Positions 10,122-18,420 of a stretch of 64,000 nucleotides of DNA are shown here, in pieces; the first letter of the stretch is position 1; the number at the start of each line of letters is the position of its first letter. The stretch lies in assembly GCA_963422375.2 (NCBI GenBank), contig OY729428.2, forward strand, positions 1,216,001-1,280,000, written 5' to 3'. The stretch comes from Bryobacterales bacterium (lineage in GTDB: Bacteria > Acidobacteriota > Terriglobia > Bryobacterales > UBA6623). The position numbers were made by a program, and so were the translations under genes. The notes under the pieces were generated by a model. The model saw nothing but the letters and a program-made list of their open reading frames with translations. It was not told where the DNA came from and searched no databases.

Positions 10122-11003
10122 ATGCCAGCCGAGAGCGGGTCGGGCGACGTCTTCGTATCCCGCAAGGCCACTCTTCTGATTACCGCGGTAGCTGTCGCCA
10201 GCGTGGTGATTCCATTCTGGTTCTGGATGGACACATGGTTCGGGAAGCCTCTGAGCGAAGCGCAGATCCAGGAATATTTGGCGGACAGCGAGCGACCGCG
10301 GCGCGCCCAGCACGCGATGGCTCAGATCTCCCAGCGGATCGCGGCGGGCGACAAATCGGTGAGAGTCTGGTACCCGCGGCTGGTGGAACTAGCCCGGCAC
10401 GAGCTTCCCGAACTGCGCCTGACAGTCGCGTGGCTGATGGGCGACGACCCGTCCAGCGACGAGTTTCACCAGGCTCTGACACTGCTTGTCGCCGACCCCG
10501 ACCCGATGGTCCGTCGCAACGCGGCCCTCGCCCTCGCTCGATTCGGCGACCCGGCCGGGCGCGACGAGATGCGCGCCATGCTGCAGCCGTACCGCCTTGC
10601 GACCCACCACCCGGGCACGGTCACGAACCGCCTGGAGCCGGGAGACAGCTTCGACGCGGGCGCACTCGTGGCGAGGGTCCAGCCCGAAGGCGACAGCGAG
10701 CCCCTCGACCTCAGGGCCCCCCTGCCGGGAATCGTGGATCGGCAGCTTCGGGCGGACGGAGACCGGGTCGAGCCCGGCGACGAGGTCACCGTGATCCGAC
10801 CCGAGTCGACCCACGTGCTGCAGGCCCTTGCCGGACTCTTCCTAGTCGGCACGACCGAGGACGTCGAGCTCGTCCAGCCCTATCGCAGGCCGCGGGAAGG
10901 GCTCAGCGCCGAGGTCCCCCGGCAGGCAGCGGCCACGCTCGAGCGAATCCGCGAGCGCGCTTCCGATCAGGCGGCGGGCCTCGCCCCGGACGGAGGCATC
11001 TGA
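10122..11003 (+). CDS. Membrane-anchored HEAT-repeat protein with a biotinyl/lipoyl-like barrel
   Basis: N-terminal TM (LLITAVAVASVVIPFWFW), HEAT motif DPDPMVRRNAALALARFGD, and LRAPLPGIV...GDRVEPGD barrel-sandwich pattern. Confidence 0.7.
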   Translation: MPAESGSGDVFVSRKATLLITAVAVASVVIPFWFWMDTWFGKPLSEAQIQEYLADSERPRRAQHAMAQISQRIAAGDKSVRVWYPRLVELARHELPELRLTVAWLMGDDPSSDEFHQALTLLVADPDPMVRRNAALALARFGDPAGRDEMRAMLQPYRLATHHPGTVTNRLEPGDSFDAGALVARVQPEGDSEPLDLRAPLPGIVDRQLRADGDRVEPGDEVTVIRPESTHVLQALAGLFLVGTTEDVELVQPYRRPREGLSAEVPRQAAATLERIRERASDQAAGLAPDGGI

Positions 11004-11878
11004 TCGAACGTGACGATCTCGAAGCTGCTGGGATCCTGCGTGATGCGGTCCACAAGCGCGACATGCATGGCGTGCCCGGCCCGCTCCGCCACCACGCGGC
11101 CGATCAGAGAGTGACCCAGCAGGGCTAGGTCGCCGATCAGGTCCAGCAGCTTGTGCCGGCACGGCTCGTCCGCGAAGCGCAGGCCGCCCGCGTTGAGCAC
11201 GGCGTCGCTTCCGAAACAGACGGCGTTGTCGAGGCTCGCGCCGCGAATCAGCCCCATGTCGCGCATGGCCGCGAGCTGGTGCTCGAAGCCGAACGTGCGC
11301 GCCGGGGCGATCTCCTCGAGATAGGCCTGCGGCGTGACGGACAGCTCGACTCGCTGCGCTCCCACCAGCGGGTGCGGGTAGAGCGTCTCGCACGCCACCT
11401 CGAATGCGTCCGAGGGCTCGACCGACACGCGCTTGCCGTTGTCGGCCACCTCGATCCGGTTCCGCATTCGCATGTACCGCCGCCGCCGCCGCAGGCGGCG
11501 AATCCCGGCGCGGCCCAACAGGTCGGCGAAAGGGCGCGCGCTGCCGTCCAAGATGGGAACTTCCAAGTTGTCGATCTCCACGCGCACGTTGTCGATCCCC
11601 AGCGCGCGCAGGACGCTCAGCAGGTGCTCCGTGGTGGACAGCAGCACGCCGCGATGCATCAGGCTCGTCGCGTACGACACCTTGGTGACGTGCCGCCAGC
11701 TGGCCGGGATCTCGAACCCGTCGAGGTCGGTGCGCGCGAACACGACGCCCCGGCCGGCCGCCGAAGGAGTCATCCGCATCGTGACCGGCACGCCGCTGTG
11801 AAGGCCCACACCGCTGACGGACACGGGGCGCCGGATCGTGTGCTCGTAGAGGAACGCTCTCGGGTCGGGTAGCGGCAT
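10967..11878 (-). CDS. lpxC: UDP-3-O-acyl-N-acetylglucosamine deacetylase
   Basis: GVGLHSG, TTEHLLS, EVPILDGSA, IAPARTFGF, HKLLDLIGDL; start uncertain (11878/11899/11902). Confidence 0.95.
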   Translation of the reverse strand: MPLPDPRAFLYEHTIRRPVSVSGVGLHSGVPVTMRMTPSAAGRGVVFARTDLDGFEIPASWRHVTKVSYATSLMHRGVLLSTTEHLLSVLRALGIDNVRVEIDNLEVPILDGSARPFADLLGRAGIRRLRRRRRYMRMRNRIEVADNGKRVSVEPSDAFEVACETLYPHPLVGAQRVELSVTPQAYLEEIAPARTFGFEHQLAAMRDMGLIRGASLDNAVCFGSDAVLNAGGLRFADEPCRHKLLDLIGDLALLGHSLIGRVVAERAGHAMHVALVDRITQDPSSFEIVTFDQMPPSGARPAA

Positions 11879-11992
11879 GCGCCGGATCGCTCCCACCATC
11901 ATTGTCGTAGCAGGATGGCGGGAGCTTTGCAACTATTTGCAATATAAGGGATTCGACTGCGGCAGGCGTGTCGAACGCGCAACGCCGCGGAG

Positions 11993-13165
11993 CTAGAGGA
12001 CTCCGTACAGGCGGCCCCTATTCAGCAGCAGCAGAGGATCGAAGTCGGCCTTGATCCGCTGCATGACCGCGAGCTCGTTCCCGGACACCTCCCACTGCGC
12101 GAGGCCGCGCTTCGCGTCGGCGGAGCCGCCCTCCAAGGTGGCGTGGCAGCCGATTCCGCGCAGCCCCTCGAGCGCGCGCCGGGCGCTCTCGCGATCCGGG
12201 GCCAGGCAGTAGCCCGCGGCGTTGCCCGCCCTGAGCACCGCCGCGCACCCGGCTCCCCGGGCCTCCTGCAGCAGCCCGCCGAGTCCCGAATGCACGGTCG
12301 AAACCCGGACGACGGCCCCGTCGGGCCGGGTCTCGAGCCACCTCGCGCCGTACTCGCGAACCTTGGCCCAAGTCCCTTCCGGAAGGGGCTCGACCTCGAC
12401 GCCGGCCGCCACGGCCAGGGATTGGTAGGCGTCCTCGAACCGCCTGATGGCCGCCGGGCTCCCGGACGCCTCGACCAGCAGGGAATGCCGCGGGCCCAGT
12501 CCCATGTCCGCAGCCGCCCTCGAGTCCGCCCAATCGACGGCGGCAGGCTGGAGCGCGCTGCGCAGGATGTCCCGGCGCACGCCGAGGAGGGTGTCCGGCG
12601 ACTCCGACCGGAACAGGAACGACGCGGAGGCCTCCGGGATCGGGAATACCTTGAAGTTGGCCGAAGCCATCACCGCCAGCGTGCCGAATGACCCGATCAT
12701 CAGCTTGGCCATGTCGAGACCGGTGACGTTCTTGACGACCATCCCGCCGGAACTGACCAGCTTGCCGTCCAGTGTCGCGAAGCGCATGCCGATCACCACG
12801 TCGCGCGCGGTGCCGTAGCGCCTGCGGAGCGGGCCGCTCGAGTTCGAGGCCAGAACGCCTCCGACGGTGGCGTCGGCTCCGAAGGGCGGGTCCAAGGGCA
12901 GGAACTGGTTGTGGCGCGCGAGGATCCGGCCCAGCTCGGCAAACCGCATGCCCGCCTCGACGCTCACGGTCAGATCCGCGGGCTCGTACGCCAGCAGCCG
13001 CGACAGGTTGCGCGTCTCGAGCCGGCATCTCGCCTGGGCAACGGGGCCGCCGAAGAGGCGCTTGGAGAAGGATCCGCCGGTCTCGACACTGGCCTGCTCG
13101 CGGCTGCAGGCCCGTAGCGCTTCGCGCAGTTCCTCGGCGGTCGACGGCGCTAGCAACTCAGGCAT
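11993..13165 (-). CDS. FAD-binding oxidoreductase, glycolate oxidase GlcE-like
   Basis: YEPADLTVSVEAG, ATVGG, GGMVVKNVTGLDMAKLMIGSFGTL, KADFDP...LNRGR; start taken at MPELLAP. Confidence 0.85.
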   Translation of the reverse strand: MPELLAPSTAEELREALRACSREQASVETGGSFSKRLFGGPVAQARCRLETRNLSRLLAYEPADLTVSVEAGMRFAELGRILARHNQFLPLDPPFGADATVGGVLASNSSGPLRRRYGTARDVVIGMRFATLDGKLVSSGGMVVKNVTGLDMAKLMIGSFGTLAVMASANFKVFPIPEASASFLFRSESPDTLLGVRRDILRSALQPAAVDWADSRAAADMGLGPRHSLLVEASGSPAAIRRFEDAYQSLAVAAGVEVEPLPEGTWAKVREYGARWLETRPDGAVVRVSTVHSGLGGLLQEARGAGCAAVLRAGNAAGYCLAPDRESARRALEGLRGIGCHATLEGGSADAKRGLAQWEVSGNELAVMQRIKADFDPLLLLNRGRLYGVL

Positions 13166-13248
13166 GGGCTTCGCGATGCGGGTTCCGCGCGGCCGGGAGA
13201 CGGCCCGGGCGCCGCGCGGCACGCAGGAGGGCTCGGGAGAATCCCCGC

Positions 13249-14316
13249 TCACTGCACCCGCTCGAAGACCGCGAAGTCGCCGGGGTTCCAGGCCTGGGCG
13301 ATCACGTACAGCTTGCCGTTGGCCCGGTGCAGGACTGCGTTGTGAACGTGCTGGAAGTTCTCGAGACCGAGTTCCGCCTTCGGCAGGATCGTCGAGACCA
13401 GCCTGTCGTCCTCGAGGATGTAGATCGGCGCGCCCTTGGCCCTGTCGGGACCGTGCAGGGCTCCGACAACTCCCAAGTTGTCGAGATAGTCCACGTCGCA
13501 CGGGAACGAGCCGAGCGGGAGCTTCAGGGTCGAGATGTACTGGCCGTGCCGCGTGAATCGGTCGATCTCGGCGTTCGGCCTGTCCGCCACGTCGATGCGG
13601 CCGGTGCCGGCGGGGACGGTGATGCCGTGGCCCGTGCCGAACTGCCCCGCGCCGGGGCCCTTCCCTCCGAACGACAGGTCGTACCACGACATCTCGAATG
13701 GGTTCGCGCTGTCGACCCTAGCCGTCAGGACGTAGTCGAGAGACGAATAGCCCGTGGCGACGTACAGGAGCCCGCGGTGGTAGTCGACATCCGTCGGCAC
13801 GAAGTTGCCTCGGCCGAAGAAATACTCCGTTGCGGTGGGGGACCCCAGATCCCTTGTTCCGTCGGGCGCGCCGAGCGCGTGCTCGAGCTTGCCGGCGAGG
13901 TCCGTCGTGTATACCGACGCCGAGCCGTTACCCGGAAATGACAGGTGGGCGCCGCCGCTCGAGTCGTACCAGACCGTGGCGTTGTGCATGTTATGCGGCT
14001 TCATCGACTCGTCCGTGGAGAGCATGCGGGTCTTCGCCAAGTCGGAGGTGACCTGGATGATGCCCGCGCCCGGGAGAGCGAAATAGACTTCTCCCTTGCC
14101 GTCGCGTCGGTCCACGGCGAAGCCGCCGTGCGCATTCTCCAGCACGGCCTGGGCCTCGCTCGGCAGGTGGCTGCCCTTGTAGACGACCCGGAACTTATAG
14201 TCGCCCTGGCCGCTGACGAGGTGGTTGTCCGCCGCGGTCGGAGCGGGTGCGAACCCGGCGGTCCACGCTACGGCAAGCAGGACCGCGAATAGGGCTGTGA
14301 TGATGGTTCGTTGCAT
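13249..14316 (-). CDS. Secreted NHL-repeat/6-bladed beta-propeller protein
   Basis: Signal peptide; NHL-like GQFGTGHGITV...IDVADRPNAEI; repeated H-G/H-N blade motifs. Confidence 0.7.
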   Translation of the reverse strand: MQRTIITALFAVLLAVAWTAGFAPAPTAADNHLVSGQGDYKFRVVYKGSHLPSEAQAVLENAHGGFAVDRRDGKGEVYFALPGAGIIQVTSDLAKTRMLSTDESMKPHNMHNATVWYDSSGGAHLSFPGNGSASVYTTDLAGKLEHALGAPDGTRDLGSPTATEYFFGRGNFVPTDVDYHRGLLYVATGYSSLDYVLTARVDSANPFEMSWYDLSFGGKGPGAGQFGTGHGITVPAGTGRIDVADRPNAEIDRFTRHGQYISTLKLPLGSFPCDVDYLDNLGVVGALHGPDRAKGAPIYILEDDRLVSTILPKAELGLENFQHVHNAVLHRANGKLYVIAQAWNPGDFAVFERVQ

Positions 14317-14481
14317 GTTGCCGGGCCTCGCCAAATACTGTACACAACCTCCGCACCTCGGGAAAGAAGCCGGCTCGCGCGTCCCGGCGAGCGCCCCTGC
14401 AACGGCGTCCCGGGTCTAGCGCCGCTTGGAACACTCCGGGGTAGGATTCGAGAGGGGGCGAGTCGAGACTGTGGGGATCTA

Positions 14482-14655
14482 GTGCAAGGAAGCGGTCGAA
14501 TAGGGGGCCGCTAGGCGAGCAAGGCGACCTTCGCGAGGCAGACGGCTGCACCCTTGCACCGAGCACCAAGTCCAAGTCCTCGCTCCGCACAGCCAAGCAG
14601 CATCCGGTATTCCGTCGCGCCTCCGGACCGCGCGAGGCGAGGCAGCAGGTGCTAG
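14482..14655 (+). ncRNA. Candidate structured cis-regulatory RNA in the 5' leader of the sulfite reductase gene
   Basis: GTGCAAGG (14482-89) pairs with CCTTGCAC (14552-59) and encloses AGCGGTC/GGCCGCT and CCT/AGG hairpins. A second domain has AGCACC (14562-67)/GGTGCT (14648-53) with CCTCGC/GCGAGG and TCCGG/CCGGA. No known family recognised. Confidence 0.35.
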
Positions 14656-14735
14656 GATCAACCTAGGCCGGTTTCGACCTGCCCGGACTGCGGGCGAAGC
14701 CGCCTAGAGCCCGAGCGGCCCCGAGGAATCGAGCG

Positions 14736-16871
14736 ATGCCAGCGTCACTACCCGCGCCAGTCGACTCCAGCGCCGAATGGGCCTGCCTGCCCGAGGACCT
14801 CCGCCAGGAAATCGACGTCTACGAGACCGAGCTGCGGAGGGTCCAAGCAGGACTCGTGGACGAGAAGCTGTTCACCGAGTTCCGCTTGCGCCACGGCGTC
14901 TACGGACAGCGCCAAGACCGGGTGCAGATGCAGCGCATCAAGATCCCCATGGGCCGGCTGAGCGCGGACCAGCTGACCGTTCTGGCCGACATCGCGGAGG
15001 AGTACGCCGTCGGAGTGCTGCACGTGACGACGAGGCAGGACTTCCAGTGCCACTTCGTCGACATCAACGACACTCCCAACCTGATGCGACGGCTGGCGGC
15101 GGTCGGGATCACGACTCGCGAGGCTTGCGGGAACGTGGTGCGCAACGTCACCTGCTGCCCCCATGCGGGCGTCTGCAGCGACGAGACGTTCGACGTCACG
15201 CCCCACGCCCACGCGATGGCGTACTTCATGCTGCGCCACTCGGACGCGCAGAACTTCGGGCGCAAGTTCAAGATTTCCTATTCGGGCTGCGAGGGCCACC
15301 CCTGCGGGCTGGGTCGCATGCACGACATCGGCGCCGTCGCCCGGATCCGGGACGGCGCGGAGGGGTTCCAGGTGCTTGTCGGCGGCGGCTTGGGGGCGCT
15401 CCCGCACCAAGCGAAGGTGTACAGCGAGTTCCTTCCCGCCGAAGAGATGCTCCCGCTCGCGCAGGCCATCTCGCGAGTGTTCGCTCGGTTCGGCGAGAAG
15501 AAGAACCGCGCGAAGGCCCGCCTGAAGTTCCTGATCGCCAAGCAGGGCATCGACGAGTTCCGGCGCCTCGTCGAACAGGAGCGCTCGCGGCTGCCGCGGG
15601 ATCCGCGCTGGGAAGGCGAGCTGCTCGATGCGGTGACCAGCCTGCGGGAGGGGCCCCTCAGGCCTCCGTCGGCGCTGGACTCGGCCGGCACCGCCGGCCC
15701 TGGCTTTTCCGAGTGGCTGGACATCAACGTGCGGCCACAGGCGCAGGACGGCTACTCGATGGTGGAGGTTTACCTGCCTCTAGGCGACATCACCTCCGTC
15801 CAGGCGAGGCAGCTCGCCGAGGTCTCCCGGCGCTACGTCCAGGACACCCTGCGCACGAGCGTCAACCAGAACCTGCTCCTGCAGTGGGTGTCGAACGCCG
15901 ACCTGCCGTCCCTCCACGCGGACCTGCGGTCGATCGGCCTGGCCGAGACGGGAGCCGGGCGGCTCAAGGACGTGGTGGCGTGCCCCGGCACGGACTCCTG
16001 CAAGCTCGGAATCACCTCGTCCAGAGGGCTGGCCGCGCACCTTTCCAAGGAGTTCGCCAATGGCATGAGCGGCATCGCCCGGCGCTCGGACCTCAAGATC
16101 AAGATCAGCGGGTGCTTCAACTCGTGCGGCCAGCACCATATCGCGGACATCGGCTTCTTCGGCTCGGTGCAGCGCAAGAAGAACGACACCGCGCCCGTCT
16201 TCCAGGTCACGCTAGGCGGTTCCATGCGCAACAACGCCGAGTCCTACGGCTTGGCGATCGGCAAGATCCCTTCGCAGAACGTTGACAAGGCCATCGCGCG
16301 CGTCAGCGAGTTCTACAGCCGGGAGAAGCGCGGGGACGAGACCCTGAGCGACGTCGTGGCCCGCTTGGGCAAGACCCGTGTCAAGACCGAGCTCCAGGAA
16401 TTCATGGCGCTGCCGACCTACGACGAGGAGCCCGGCTACTACCGCGACATGCGGCAGCCCTGGCAGTACAAGCGCTCGATCGGCATCGGAGAATGCGCGG
16501 GAGAGGTGGTGGACCAGGCCGAGTTCCTGCTGGAAGACGCCGACCGCATCCACTTCGAGTCCACGCTCCACCTCGAACGGAGTCGCTACGGCGAGGCGTC
16601 GGCGAAGGCGTTCGAGGCCTGCAAGAAGGCGGCCGACGCGCTGCTGTTCACCAAGGGCCTGTGGCTGTCCGACCGGTACGACACCGTCGCGGAATTCCAG
16701 AAGCACTTCCACGCCGCGGGCGCGTTCTACCGGCCGTTCGCCGACAACTTCCTGCGCAGCGCCGCGGAAGGCCCCAGCAGCGACCCGGAGAGAGCCCGCC
16801 TGCGGGTCGAGGAGGCAACGCTGTTCATCGAGGCCGCCCAAGGAGTCTACTCGCAGGCGGCCGGGTTCTAG
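14736..16871 (+). CDS. Siroheme [4Fe-4S] sulfite/nitrite reductase with C-terminal HEPN-like extension
   Basis: FRLRHGVYGQRQ, LHVTTRQDFQ, REACGNVVRNV, CPGTDSCKLG, ISGCFNSCGQH. Confidence 0.9.
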   Translation: MPASLPAPVDSSAEWACLPEDLRQEIDVYETELRRVQAGLVDEKLFTEFRLRHGVYGQRQDRVQMQRIKIPMGRLSADQLTVLADIAEEYAVGVLHVTTRQDFQCHFVDINDTPNLMRRLAAVGITTREACGNVVRNVTCCPHAGVCSDETFDVTPHAHAMAYFMLRHSDAQNFGRKFKISYSGCEGHPCGLGRMHDIGAVARIRDGAEGFQVLVGGGLGALPHQAKVYSEFLPAEEMLPLAQAISRVFARFGEKKNRAKARLKFLIAKQGIDEFRRLVEQERSRLPRDPRWEGELLDAVTSLREGPLRPPSALDSAGTAGPGFSEWLDINVRPQAQDGYSMVEVYLPLGDITSVQARQLAEVSRRYVQDTLRTSVNQNLLLQWVSNADLPSLHADLRSIGLAETGAGRLKDVVACPGTDSCKLGITSSRGLAAHLSKEFANGMSGIARRSDLKIKISGCFNSCGQHHIADIGFFGSVQRKKNDTAPVFQVTLGGSMRNNAESYGLAIGKIPSQNVDKAIARVSEFYSREKRGDETLSDVVARLGKTRVKTELQEFMALPTYDEEPGYYRDMRQPWQYKRSIGIGECAGEVVDQAEFLLEDADRIHFESTLHLERSRYGEASAKAFEACKKAADALLFTKGLWLSDRYDTVAEFQKHFHAAGAFYRPFADNFLRSAAEGPSSDPERARLRVEEATLFIEAAQGVYSQAAGF

Positions 16872-16886
16872 GTCCGGATTCCCCGA

Positions 16887-17420
16887 ATGGACCAGAGCCT
16901 GCAGCGCATCGACGTCAAGCTGCTGCTTGAGGCCGGGCAGGATCCCGACCTCGACCCGTTCCTAGTCATTTTCGACCGCTGGCGGCAGAAAGGCGACCAT
17001 CCTTCCGATTGGGTCGACCTTGCTGACTACGCCCACATGCCGGGCGGGCCGGGCATTCTCATCGCGGGCAAGCGCGACACGTTCTCGATCAATCTGAACC
17101 CTCCGGGGCCGGGGCTGCTGACCAGCATTCGCCGCGGCTTGAGCGGAACGCTGGAGGACCGCTTTCGCGAGGCCTTCCGACGGGCAGGCCAGCTCAACGC
17201 CGCGGTCCTGGCCGAACCGGAATTCCCCGGCCGGTTCCGCGTGCTGGAGGGGGCCTGGGAGGTCTTCCTGAACGATCGCCTGCAGTTCCCCAATAGCGAC
17301 GAGAGCGACCGGGCCGTTCGGCCCGCGCTGGCCGCCGCCGCGCCGGCCGCATCCGTTTCGCGGCACCGTGACCCTAGCGGCCGCCTAGGCTACTCGCTGC
17401 GACCAGCTCCGTCTCGCTGA
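16887..17420 (+). CDS. Hypothetical protein, probably co-transcribed with the reductase
   Basis: 177-aa ORF 15 bp downstream; protein-like sequence (DLADYAHMPGGPGILI, LNDRL). Confidence 0.7.
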   Translation: MDQSLQRIDVKLLLEAGQDPDLDPFLVIFDRWRQKGDHPSDWVDLADYAHMPGGPGILIAGKRDTFSINLNPPGPGLLTSIRRGLSGTLEDRFREAFRRAGQLNAAVLAEPEFPGRFRVLEGAWEVFLNDRLQFPNSDESDRAVRPALAAAAPAASVSRHRDPSGRLGYSLRPAPSR

Positions 17421-17517
17421 GCCCGGCCGCGGTGGTACGCTCAAGGTTCGGGCCCGCCCGCGGGCGCGCGGGTCCGAATCCCTCACCAAGAGAACCGGAC
17501 GCCGAACCTGCACGTTC

Positions 17518-18420
17518 ATGCTGACGTTTCAAGAAATCGTCATGCGGCTAAAGGCGTACTGGGCGCGCCAGGGCTGCATCGTCCAAGAGCCCTTCGACTG
17601 CGAGGTGGGCGCGGGGACGATGTGCCCGGAGACTTTCCTGCGGGTCCTCGGCAAGGCCCCCTACCGGGTCGCGTACGTGCAGCCGAGCCGCCGTCCGGCT
17701 GACGGCCGCTACGGGGAGAACCCCAACCGGCTGTACAAGCACATGCAGCTGCAGGTGATCCTCAAGCCCGCGCCGGAGGATGTGGTCGAGCTCTACCTGA
17801 AGAGCCTCGAGGACATCGGCATCGACCTTTCGCGGCACGATTGCAAGCTGGAAGAGGACAACTGGGAGTCTCCCACGCTGGGCGCGTGGGGCGTCGGATG
17901 GCAGGTCATGCTCGACGGTCTCGAGATCACTCAGTTCACCTATTTCCAGCAGTGCGGCGGGCTGGATCTGGACGTGGTGCCCGCCGAGCTGACGTACGGT
18001 CTCGAGCGCCTGGCAGCCTTCATCCAGAACGTCGAGAGCATCTACGACATCCGCTGGAACGACCGCTGGACGTACGGCGACGTCAGGCTGGCCGACGAGG
18101 AACAGTACTCGACCTACAACTTCGAGGAGGCCGACGTGGACTTCGTGTGGAAGGAATTCCACCTGCACGAGGCAGAGTGCCGCCGCCTGCTCGACGCGTA
18201 CTCGGAGCACACCGACGCGACCGAGCGGCGCCGGTTCCCATTGCTCGCGGCCTTCGACCAGACCTTGAAGTGCTCCCACCTCTTCAACACCCTGCAGGCG
18301 CGCGGCGCGATCAGCGTGACGCAACGAGCCCAGGTCGTCCAGCGGGTGCGCAACCTCGCTGTCGGCGTGGCCAATGCGTGGACCGACCAGCAGCAGGGCG
18401 TCGCAAGGGAGGCCTCGTGA
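17518..18420 (+). CDS. glyQ: Glycine--tRNA ligase alpha subunit
   Basis: EVGAGTM, YVQPSRRPADGRYGENPNRL, EDNWESPTLGAWG, TYGLERL. Confidence 0.97.
   Translation: MLTFQEIVMRLKAYWARQGCIVQEPFDCEVGAGTMCPETFLRVLGKAPYRVAYVQPSRRPADGRYGENPNRLYKHMQLQVILKPAPEDVVELYLKSLEDIGIDLSRHDCKLEEDNWESPTLGAWGVGWQVMLDGLEITQFTYFQQCGGLDLDVVPAELTYGLERLAAFIQNVESIYDIRWNDRWTYGDVRLADEEQYSTYNFEEADVDFVWKEFHLHEAECRRLLDAYSEHTDATERRRFPLLAAFDQTLKCSHLFNTLQARGAISVTQRAQVVQRVRNLAVGVANAWTDQQQGVAREAS

Noticed and set aside
14440..14700. tmRNA or tRNA suggested by GGATTCGA and GGTTTCGAC motifs
   Set aside because: No acceptor stem, T-arm/CCA end or tag reading frame could be assembled.
17841..18416. Long N-terminal extensions in the track for glyS (similarly otsA, otsB, the GlcE-like gene and tmk copy 2)
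   Set aside because: They overlap upstream genes; better starts exist at stop/start overlaps.
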